Source: Deltaproteobacteria bacterium TL4 (GTDB taxonomy: Bacteria > SAR324 > NAC60-12). From it: a DNA stretch of 18,769 nt. Every line of letters begins with the position of its first letter. Positions within the stretch are counted from its first letter, which is position 1. The stretch covers positions 1 to 18,769 of the forward strand of contig JBBCAX010000420.1 of assembly GCA_051382335.1 (NCBI GenBank), given 5' to 3'. The position numbers were made by a program, and so were the translations under genes. Of the stretch, positions 7,828-15,553 are shown one piece after another. The notes under the pieces are model-generated. The model ran no database searches. It was not told the origin of the DNA and saw only the letters and a list, made by a program, of their open reading frames with translations.

Positions 7828-9837
7828 ATGGCGATGATAGCGTTTTGTGCGGGGTGTGTGCTGGTCTTTGGCGGAAGTCTCTTTGCGCTGATGGTTCCTG
7901 AACGGTGGGCCGCCAAAGTGTCCGTGATGGGACTGCTCCCAGGAAATTTGCTAATTTTTGGTGTGGGCTTGCAAGTCTTGCTTGGAGGTCGTGTCTTAAG
8001 CCTCCCTGCCTCAGTAAACACGATGTCGCAGCCATGGTTTCTGCTGGATGGACTGTCCGCGTTTTTTATCCTGATCATTACGTTCATGAGCAGTTTCGCC
8101 GGTATTTATGCGACAGGCTATTTGCGTCCTTACCTGGAACGGCACCAGAACCTGGGTCTGCACTGGTGCTTCTGGAACTGGTTGTCCTTAGCTTTGGTGG
8201 GAGTGGTGACCATCCAACATGTGCTGGGTTTTTTGGTAAGCTGGGAAATGATGCTGGTTTGTACTCTGCTGCTGGTGGGATTCGAACGGGAAAAACAGGA
8301 AGTGGCCCAAGCCTCGATCATGTATCTGGTGTCCATGCATATCAGTTTTATCCTGCTGGTGGTGGGACTGCTTGTCCTGGCGCAACATTCCAATTCCTGG
8401 TTCTTTAGTGATTTCCATCTCGGCGAAACCGACTCTGTCGGACTGCGCGACACTCTGTTTGTCGTTCTCATGGTGGGGTTTGGCATCAAGGCTGGGGTAT
8501 TTCCCTTGCATACCTGGCTGCCTCACGCCCATCCAGTAGCTCCCAGTCATGTTTCTGCGCTCATGTCCAGTGTTGTGATTAAAATGGGGATTTACGGCAT
8601 TCTGCGAACCTTGACGTGGGTGGGTTTTCCCAAGCTGTCTTGGGGCATCGGAATTCTGGTACTGGGATTTCTTTCCGCCTTGGTCGGAATCAGCTACGCG
8701 TTGGTGCAACGGGATATCAAACGCTTGCTGGCCTACTCCAGTGTAGAAAATATTGGGATCATCATGATTGGCATCGGACTGGGAATGCTGGGGAAAACCA
8801 TGGGGAACCCCCTGTTGAGTTCACTGGGATTTCTGGGAGCGCTCCTGCATGTTTGGAATCACACCCTTTTCAAGGGGTTGCTCTTTATGGGATCCGGTTC
8901 CGTATATCACGCGACGCATACCCGCAACATGGAACAGCATGGAGGCTTGGCTAAAAGAATGCCAAAAACCGCATTGCTCTACCTGGTTGGCGCTGTGGCT
9001 ATTTCCGGATTTCCTCCTCTAAATGGATTTGTCAGTGAATTTTTATTGTATCAGGGCTTGGTGAACCTGTTGGGAGGTAGCATGGGGTTATGGTTCAACC
9101 TGTGGTCCCTGCTCAGTCTGGCAGGATTTTCCCTGGTCGGCGTATTGGCACTGACCTGCTTCGCCAAGGCGTATGGCATTGTTTTTTTGGGAAAACCCCG
9201 AAGTTCCGCAGCCCAGAAGGCGCATGAAACTTCCACCGCAATGTGGAGTCCCTTAGTGGTTCTGGCAGGGAGCATCGTTGTGATTGGAAGTTTTCCAGCG
9301 CCTTTTATCTCGTTATTGAACGCGCCTCTCCTGAGCTTGGGACTGCAGAAGTCAATGCTGGGAAATATGACTCATCCGCGGGCCTCCCTTCAGTCCATGA
9401 TCTATGCCGAATGGCTGTGCTTGGCGCTATTTGGGGGATTGTGGTTCTGGAGGCAGAAGTTCCTGGTCAGGCCTCCCGGTCAATCCAAGACCCCTTCCGA
9501 ATATCCCACCTGGGGATGTGGCTACGGTGCGGATTCTCCGCGTTTTCAATATACCGGGTCTTCGTTTGTCAGCCCTCTGCTCCAGCTAAATCGATCGTCA
9601 CTGCATTTGGGTGTGGAACAACAACTGCCAGAAGGCGCTTTCCCAAAAAAGAGTTTTTTGGCGACGCATCCTACCGATTTTATTGAAGAAACACTGTTGG
9701 GATGGCCATGGAAGGGATTTCGTTATCTCTTGGGATGGCTGGCGACCACTCAATTTGGACGGACCAATATCTATCTGCTCTATGGGTTACTCTATCTAGG
9801 ATTAGTCGGCTTGCTGGCAGGGTTGGGCTTGTTATGA
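7828..9837 (+). CDS. hyfB: HyfB-like antiporter subunit, copy 2 (tandem paralog)
   Basis: Same motif set: SWEMM, GFGIKAGVFPLHTWLPHAHPVAPSHVSA, DIKRLLAYSSVENIG, GFPPLNGFVSEF and TWGCGY. The start is moved from the track's 7783 to ATG 7828 (or 7834), which follows AGAGG and aligns with copy 1. Confidence 0.9.
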   Translation: MAMIAFCAGCVLVFGGSLFALMVPERWAAKVSVMGLLPGNLLIFGVGLQVLLGGRVLSLPASVNTMSQPWFLLDGLSAFFILIITFMSSFAGIYATGYLRPYLERHQNLGLHWCFWNWLSLALVGVVTIQHVLGFLVSWEMMLVCTLLLVGFEREKQEVAQASIMYLVSMHISFILLVVGLLVLAQHSNSWFFSDFHLGETDSVGLRDTLFVVLMVGFGIKAGVFPLHTWLPHAHPVAPSHVSALMSSVVIKMGIYGILRTLTWVGFPKLSWGIGILVLGFLSALVGISYALVQRDIKRLLAYSSVENIGIIMIGIGLGMLGKTMGNPLLSSLGFLGALLHVWNHTLFKGLLFMGSGSVYHATHTRNMEQHGGLAKRMPKTALLYLVGAVAISGFPPLNGFVSEFLLYQGLVNLLGGSMGLWFNLWSLLSLAGFSLVGVLALTCFAKAYGIVFLGKPRSSAAQKAHETSTAMWSPLVVLAGSIVVIGSFPAPFISLLNAPLLSLGLQKSMLGNMTHPRASLQSMIYAEWLCLALFGGLWFWRQKFLVRPPGQSKTPSEYPTWGCGYGADSPRFQYTGSSFVSPLLQLNRSSLHLGVEQQLPEGAFPKKSFLATHPTDFIEETLLGWPWKGFRYLLGWLATTQFGRTNIYLLYGLLYLGLVGLLAGLGLL

Positions 9838-9943
9838 AATTTAGAGTGACTTCCAGTGTGTAGGGCACATAGGGCAAGGGGCCTCCCCATCCGAGTTAAG
9901 CACTACTTTTTTACCATCCCAACCTGACGGAAGGGATTCACGA

Positions 9944-10570
9944 TCAATTCAGGGCTTTTCTGTTCATACTTGAATAGAGCTCAATTTCCATTTCCAATGA
10001 GGCAATCAGCATTTCCCAACGGCTGGTCAGGGTAGGAGCTTCGAGGAAGGCCTGCTTTTCTTCGCTGCTGAATTCCATATTCATGCAAAGCAGGTTAATC
10101 AAATAATGCAAGGGAATGGTTTGGATTTTATCCCACGCCAGACTTAAGTTGTATTTCATCAAATAGCGTTCAAGAGGTTTGTAGAGAGATTCCGCTGGGA
10201 ATTTGGTGTTTTCTAGTGTCAAATCCTGTTGAAAAACCTCATAATCCACGAGGGCCTGACGGTACAAAGTGTTGACCTCCAGTTCTTGTTCCACTCTGAA
10301 GCGTTGAACCCCGTTCAAGCGAATGAGATATTCGCCTTTATTCAGTTTTTGATGCACCGAGATTTCCCCCAGGCAACCGATGGAGTAAAGGTGGTCTCCA
10401 TACTCGTGCATGGGCTGGATGATGCCGACGTAGGGGGCTTGACTCAATACGTCCTCCATCATCGCGAGATACCTGGTTTCAAAAATCCTTAAAGGTAAGA
10501 TCGTGTTGGGTAACAAGATAGTGCCGTATAGTGGGAAAATGGCGATACAACTTGGATACTTTGTGCTCAT
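9944..10570 (-). CDS. LON peptidase substrate-binding (N-terminal) domain protein, stand-alone
   Basis: Motifs IFPL.GTILLP...LPLRIFE.RYL.M..D, IGCLGEI, I.L.G..RFRV and EKQAFLEA. No AAA+ or protease domain. The likely start is MSTKYP at 10570, right after the upstream stop. Confidence 0.85.
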   Translation of the reverse strand: MSTKYPSCIAIFPLYGTILLPNTILPLRIFETRYLAMMEDVLSQAPYVGIIQPMHEYGDHLYSIGCLGEISVHQKLNKGEYLIRLNGVQRFRVEQELEVNTLYRQALVDYEVFQQDLTLENTKFPAESLYKPLERYLMKYNLSLAWDKIQTIPLHYLINLLCMNMEFSSEEKQAFLEAPTLTSRWEMLIASLEMEIELYSSMNRKALN

Positions 10571-10571
10571 A

Positions 10572-11696
10572 TTAATTCGGGAAAGAGGGAGCATGGGAAA
10601 ATTTCTGGCAAACCCAGTTTTCGAGTTCTCCGTTATTTTGAGGGGTACGCGGCATGGTTTTTTGCCAAACATTCTGACTTTCCATGCAAAGATAAACCGG
10701 AACGCCAGGTGCTTTTTGTTTCAATTTTTGAGTGATACTGTAAATCATCGTTTGACGAATCTTTTTATAATACCGCATTTTCTTTCCATCTCCTGGAATG
10801 AATTCTCCCAGAAACAAACGGTTGTTTGGAAAACGCTCTTCCACAATGGATTTCAGTTTGGGAATATATCGGAGGGTTCCAATGCTAATCCAGACAACCT
10901 GTTCTGCGGAAATGACCTCAAACAACTTTTCAATCAGTAAGTGATATTCTTTTTCCCACGTGGGATAGTGGATCACAGGATCAAAATGAAAAGCCAGTTT
11001 GTAGCCTGCCTCCGCAGCTTTTTTTGCGGCACACAAACGCTCATCCAAGCCTGCGGTCTTAAATTCTTCTTGTTCAACCACGGTTTCCGGATTCAACGAC
11101 CAGGCGATAACCGTTTTTCCCTGATGGGGTAAATCCAGCAAATGATCGACATGAGCTGATTTGGTCTTAAGTTCCAAAATTCCGTTTGGCTGTTCCGCGA
11201 AAAAGCGGATTAAGTGGGCGCTAATACCAAGGATGGGATCCAACGCCAAGCTGTCTGAATGTTCTCCGGTTCCCACACGAAGCCACTGGGGAGCCCGAGA
11301 AGCGAGCAGGGTTCCCACTTGTTGTAGAATCTCATCGACATTCGCATGTACGGTAATTACCGGTTTGTTTAAAAATGCCTGTAAAATGCAGTAAGTACAT
11401 TCAAAAGGGCAGTTTTCCACAAAGTTGATCGTGTAATAATTGCAGCAAAGCACGCCTTCTGTGAGACCCGGGCATAATTTTATGGGGACTCCTTGAAAAT
11501 ACTTCAAATGGAGTATTTTTTTTCCGCGGGTGAGTGGATTTTTTAAAGGATCCTCATCCACTTCATGACGGTGCCAAGCGTAATCCGAAACAACTTCTTG
11601 AGGGACTTGCGAAAATCGTTCACAAACCTGTAAAGTTAAGGGCTCCTTTTTAACCGCATCGTCAATGATGATGCGTTCCGGTTGATACTCAAACAT
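10572..11696 (-). CDS. Spore photoproduct lyase (SplB)-like radical SAM protein
   Basis: CPFECTYC radical SAM motif, plus ANVDEIL, ELKTKSAHVDHLL, WSLNP, L.ERL.AAKKAAEAGY.L.F.FDP, all colinear with SplB. The likely start is MFEYQP at 11696, an 8-bp overlap with ribF. Confidence 0.85.
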   Translation of the reverse strand: MFEYQPERIIIDDAVKKEPLTLQVCERFSQVPQEVVSDYAWHRHEVDEDPLKNPLTRGKKILHLKYFQGVPIKLCPGLTEGVLCCNYYTINFVENCPFECTYCILQAFLNKPVITVHANVDEILQQVGTLLASRAPQWLRVGTGEHSDSLALDPILGISAHLIRFFAEQPNGILELKTKSAHVDHLLDLPHQGKTVIAWSLNPETVVEQEEFKTAGLDERLCAAKKAAEAGYKLAFHFDPVIHYPTWEKEYHLLIEKLFEVISAEQVVWISIGTLRYIPKLKSIVEERFPNNRLFLGEFIPGDGKKMRYYKKIRQTMIYSITQKLKQKAPGVPVYLCMESQNVWQKTMPRTPQNNGELENWVCQKFSHAPSFPN

Positions 11697-12627
11697 AAAA
11701 CGCTTGTTTTTGAACAAGATAGGCTTTCGCCTGTTCCACATCCGCCTGGATTTGCTGTTTTAACGCGGAGACACTTTCGAATTTTTTTTCAGGACGTAAG
11801 TAGTGCAAAGGCCAGATTTCAAGAGTGGCCTCATAAATGTCGCGATCAAAATCAAAGAGGTAGGTTTCAATAGAGGTGACGTTTTTCTCAAAGGTAGGAA
11901 CCCTTCCTACATTGGTTACGCCAAAGTAAATTTGCTCCTGGACTTTAAGCTGAGTAACATAAACGCCTTGTGGCAGAGGAAGATGAATCCGTGGATAAAG
12001 ATTAGCTGTGGGAAAGCCCAACTGCCTTCCTCGTTGGTCGCCCCTTTTCACTTGTCCCAAGAGACTGTACCGACGCCCCAAGTAGGGTTCAATGCTATCA
12101 AAATCAAAAGCTTTGATCAAGTTTCGAATCTCGGTACTGCTGACGGTTTTTCCCTGAATTTGAAAGGCTTGAACCTCCTCCAGGTCAAAGCCATAGTCCT
12201 GACTCATTTTTTCAAGAAAGACGACATTTCCCTCCCTGTTTTTTCCAAAATGGAAATCGTGTCCAATGACCAGTTTCGCAAGGTTAAATCGCTCAATAAG
12301 AAATTTAAGGGCAAATTCTTCAGGAGAAAGTTTGGAAAATTCGACAGTAAAAGGGATGATATGTACACTATCAAGTCCGGTTGCCTCGAGTTGCGCGACC
12401 AGTTGTTCCTGGCTACAGATTTTTGGTAAAAAATGGTCAGGTCTCAACACTTCCTGAGGATGAGGATCAAACGTTATCAACGCACTGGTGCATTGTCGAT
12501 GACGCGCTTCATTGACCACCGTGCTGATTAATTTTTGATGTCCCAAATGAACTCCATCAAAATTTCCAATCGTAACCACCGTTGGAGTTGCCGGAGACAT
12601 ATTTTCACGAAAATTGAAAATCTTCAT
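11689..12627 (-). CDS. ribF: Bifunctional riboflavin kinase/FAD synthetase
   Basis: Motifs TIGNFDGVHLGHQ, TFDPHP, GHDFHFG, VSSTEIR, GRQLGFPTAN, NVG.VPTF and LRPEKKF. Confidence 0.97.
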   Translation of the reverse strand: MKIFNFRENMSPATPTVVTIGNFDGVHLGHQKLISTVVNEARHRQCTSALITFDPHPQEVLRPDHFLPKICSQEQLVAQLEATGLDSVHIIPFTVEFSKLSPEEFALKFLIERFNLAKLVIGHDFHFGKNREGNVVFLEKMSQDYGFDLEEVQAFQIQGKTVSSTEIRNLIKAFDFDSIEPYLGRRYSLLGQVKRGDQRGRQLGFPTANLYPRIHLPLPQGVYVTQLKVQEQIYFGVTNVGRVPTFEKNVTSIETYLFDFDRDIYEATLEIWPLHYLRPEKKFESVSALKQQIQADVEQAKAYLVQKQAFYV

Positions 12628-12630
12628 AAA

Positions 12631-13944
12631 TTAACTCAAAAACTGAATTTCCTGACCACGTATGTTTTCCATAACGTTGCCTTCTAAAAAAACGGTTTGT
12701 CCGTTGACAATGGTTCGGACAGGCCAGCCTTGAAACTCCATGCCGTGGTAGGGAGACCAATTGACTTTGGTCCGCAAGAGACCATTCCTCACAGTTTTCT
12801 TCAGGGTCATATCCACCAGTACCAGATCCGCATCATACCCTACTTCAATTCGCCCCTTGCCTTTGGCGCCATACAGGCGTGCCGGAGCCTCACTCATCCA
12901 TCGGGCGACCTCACTTAACGTACATTTCTCCCTATTGACATGATCCAGCATCAGGGGCAGAGACGTTTCAACACCCGGCATTCCTGAAGGCGCTTCACCA
13001 TAGGGTTTTTCTTTTTCCGCCAGCGTATGAGGCGCATGATCTGTCGCAAGACAATCAATCATGCCTGCTTTCAGAGACTGCCATAAAGCCTCGGCGTGAC
13101 GGATTGTTCTCAAAGGAGGGTTCATTTGAGCGAAGGTGCCTAAACGCTGGTAACAGTCAGGTGCTATTAAAGTAAAATGCTGGGGACAGACTTCTGTTGA
13201 AACAACATTATCTTTGGGAAGGCGTTTCAGTAATAAAGTTTCCTCTTCAGTGGTCAAATGTAAAATATGCAACCGCCGTCGATATTTAAGGGAAAGATGG
13301 ATTGCCAATTCTGTCGCTTTTAACGCCGCTGATTCGTTTCGAATTGCGGGGTGAGCGAAGACCGTCTTACAATCCTTGAGCAGTTGTTGATTCTCTTTGA
13401 GAAGGGCCTCATCTTCCGCATGTACCGCAATCAAACGATGCCCCTTGGCGAAGATACGTTCCAAATCCTGAGGCTCACTGACCAACAGATCGCCTGTTGA
13501 AGAACCCATAAAAATTTTGATTCCGCACACATTAGGGACTTGATTCAGGACTTCGAGGTTATTGGCCGTGGCCCCAATAAAAAATCCATAATTGACGACG
13601 CATTGTCTTGAGGCCGTTTTTTTCTTTTCCGCCATTAATTCGAGAGTGGTAATGGCGGGTTTGTTATTGGGCATATCCAAAAAACTGGTCACACCGCCTG
13701 CCGCTGCGGCACAAGAACCGGTATGCAAATCCTCTTTATGCGTCGCTCCCGGTTCTCTAAAATGAACTTGAGGATCCATCACACCGGGTAGCAAAGTCAG
13801 TCCATCCGCGTCAATCGTTGTTCCCATCACAGGAATAGAATTTCCAATAGCACTAATTTTTCCGTTTTCAATCAACACATTCGTTTTGACGATGTTTCCC
13901 GGCAAAACAACCTGTGCTTGACGTATGGTTAATGCCTGGGTCAT
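12631..13944 (-). CDS. pyrC: Dihydroorotase (long amidohydrolase type)
   Basis: Motifs PGVMDPQVHFREPG, AAAGGVTSFLDMPN, GIKIFMGSSTG, VHAED, HILH, MNPPLR, TDHAPH and SGMPGVET. Confidence 0.9.
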   Translation of the reverse strand: MTQALTIRQAQVVLPGNIVKTNVLIENGKISAIGNSIPVMGTTIDADGLTLLPGVMDPQVHFREPGATHKEDLHTGSCAAAAGGVTSFLDMPNNKPAITTLELMAEKKKTASRQCVVNYGFFIGATANNLEVLNQVPNVCGIKIFMGSSTGDLLVSEPQDLERIFAKGHRLIAVHAEDEALLKENQQLLKDCKTVFAHPAIRNESAALKATELAIHLSLKYRRRLHILHLTTEEETLLLKRLPKDNVVSTEVCPQHFTLIAPDCYQRLGTFAQMNPPLRTIRHAEALWQSLKAGMIDCLATDHAPHTLAEKEKPYGEAPSGMPGVETSLPLMLDHVNREKCTLSEVARWMSEAPARLYGAKGKGRIEVGYDADLVLVDMTLKKTVRNGLLRTKVNWSPYHGMEFQGWPVRTIVNGQTVFLEGNVMENIRGQEIQFLS

Positions 13945-14930
13945 GCGTATTCCCCGTAATGATCATGGAGTACCTGCGCCGCCTCTTTGGCAAAATAGGT
14001 CAAGATCATGTCCGCTCCGGCTCGTTTAATGGAGACCAACATTTCCATCATAGCTTTTTCTTTATCGATCCAGCCTTTTTCCGCGGCGGCTATGACCATG
14101 GCATATTCTCCGGAAACATTGTAAGCCGCAATAGGAACATCAAAATTGGCCCGGGCTTTTGCAATAATGTCCAAATAAGCTAATGCGGGTTTGACCATCA
14201 CAACATCGGCACCTTCCGCGATATCCAGTTCAATTTCTTTCATGGCCTCCCGGACATTGGCAGGGTCCATTTGATAACTTTTTTTATCGCCCTTTTTAGG
14301 CGCAGAATCGAGGGCTCCTCGAAAAGGGCCATAAAATCCGGACGCATATTTTGCGGAATAGGCCAGGATACCTACCCGGGAGAATCCATTGGCATCTAAC
14401 GCTTCCCGAAGAGCGCCCACTCTGCCATCCATCATGTCTGAGGGAGCAACCCAATCGGCGCCAGCTTCAGCATGGGAGAGTGCCATTTTGCATAACACCT
14501 CTACGGTTTCATCGTTCACCACTTCACCCTCAACCACCAAGCCATCATGACCGTGATTGGTATAGGGATCCAGGGCAATATCTGTTTGCACACACAAATC
14601 GGGAAATTCCGCTTTCAGGGCCCGGACAGTTCTCTGGATTAAGCCCTTAGGGTTATAAGAGGAAGTCGCCTGGTCATCTTTTTCTGTAGAATAACCAAAT
14701 AAATTAACAGCACCTACTCCGAGTGTGTATGCTTTCCGGCATTCTTTAACAAGCTCATCAATCGACCAGCGAAACTGTCCCGGCATGGTTGTAATAGGTT
14801 CCTGCAGGCGCTTTCCTTCCATCACAAACATGGGGTAGATGAAATCGCCTGGAGTCAAAACAGTTTCTCGGACTAAGGTCCGAATAGGGCCGGAGCGGCG
14901 TAAACGTCTAGGTCTATATGTGAGTTCCAT
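13941..14930 (-). CDS. hemB: Porphobilinogen synthase (ALA dehydratase), Asp-rich Mg-type without the catalytic Zn cysteines
   Basis: Motifs RPRRLR, DIALDPYTNHGHDG (no Cys triad), APSDMMDGRV, SAKYASGFYGPFR, MVKPA, AYNVSGEY and KRAGAD. RBS GGAGG. Confidence 0.97.
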   Translation of the reverse strand: MELTYRPRRLRRSGPIRTLVRETVLTPGDFIYPMFVMEGKRLQEPITTMPGQFRWSIDELVKECRKAYTLGVGAVNLFGYSTEKDDQATSSYNPKGLIQRTVRALKAEFPDLCVQTDIALDPYTNHGHDGLVVEGEVVNDETVEVLCKMALSHAEAGADWVAPSDMMDGRVGALREALDANGFSRVGILAYSAKYASGFYGPFRGALDSAPKKGDKKSYQMDPANVREAMKEIELDIAEGADVVMVKPALAYLDIIAKARANFDVPIAAYNVSGEYAMVIAAAEKGWIDKEKAMMEMLVSIKRAGADMILTYFAKEAAQVLHDHYGEYA

Positions 14931-15016
14931 GGTATGCCTCCTGTAAAAGAGAAGTTTCTGAGAAAAAAATCCTCCACATTCTAGTTAAAGGTGAAGACAC
15001 ATACAAGTTTCAACTC

Positions 15017-15208
15017 TGGATCGGCGTCCAAAATAAATTCAGGAAACGCCTTCTGTTGCGTGATCTGTTGAAACACCGCTGTTTGAGGAGTGCCAAAGCT
15101 TGCTTTGGCCAGAAAGGCGAAAGTCTTTCTTTGGATTTGGCCAAAGCAAGCTTTGGCATTCCTCAGTCGAGGTTAGATTCAAAGGAATTTATTTAAATGA
15201 ACGTCTAT
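15017..15208. mobile_element. Degenerate MITE-like element B enclosing a REP doublet
   Basis: AAATAAATTC (15031-15040) and GAATTTATTT (15185-15194) are exact inverted repeats with degenerate outer extensions (GGCGTCCA versus reverse-complement GACGTTCA). Boundaries are approximate and no clear TSD is present. Confidence 0.4.
15084..15165. repeat. REP doublet (REPIN-like), GGAGTGC...GCATTCC type
   Basis: TGAGGAGTGCCAAAGCTTGCTTTGGCCA (15084-15111) versus 15138-15165, 27/28 inverted match. Each arm contains the hairpin GCCAAAGC-N2-GCTTTGGC. Confidence 0.88.
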
Positions 15209-15297
15209 AGTTATCCCTTCCTTGTTAACGAACAACTTGCAATGCGTCTTGAAATGTGGAACTAACAATGAATTGTTGTCATCCAACCACCTACTTA

Positions 15298-15513
15298 GTG
15301 TTTGAACGAAAAGTGTCTAAGGCCAGCATTTGTGACAGTTAGAAGCGATTTATCACAATCGAAGATTTGGCTGTTAGGTGTTCATGATCAGGTATTCTCA
15401 GGATTTTCCCCCAACACCTAATACCTAAAGGCAAAAACCTTAAAATCTTCATTTGGAGATATCAGCCTATATCCCTTGTAAAAGCTGACTTCGAAGGGTT
15501 TTCGTTCAGACAC
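15298..15513. mobile_element. MITE C, 216 bp, with TIRs and an apparent target-site duplication
   Basis: TIRs GTGTTTGAACGAAAA (15298-15312) and TTTTCGTTCAGACAC (15499-15513), 14/15 match. The direct repeat TACTTA lies at 15292-15297 and 15514-15519. Non-coding interior. Confidence 0.8.
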
Positions 15514-15553
15514 TACTTATGTTCCCTATCAACATCAAACAAAAAAAGCCCCA

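Noticed and set aside
457..9837. Calling the cluster a functional hydrogenase-4/formate hydrogenlyase or complex I
   Set aside because: There are no NiFe CxxC motifs, no maturation or FDH genes, and no NuoEFG/NuoAJ genes. It fits Ehr.
9838..9943. Terminator or mobile-element relic between the convergent operons (GGGG-CCT-CCCC, TAGGGCA x2, CACTACTT shared with the MITE C right end)
   Set aside because: The stem is only 4 bp and not adjacent to the T-run, and the other matches are 8 bp or less with no partner end.
13755..13785. Gln in place of the first metal-binding His in dihydroorotase (DPQVHFREPG)
   Set aside because: The QVH variant is common in this dihydroorotase subfamily and the other catalytic motifs are intact, so it is not evidence of inactivity.
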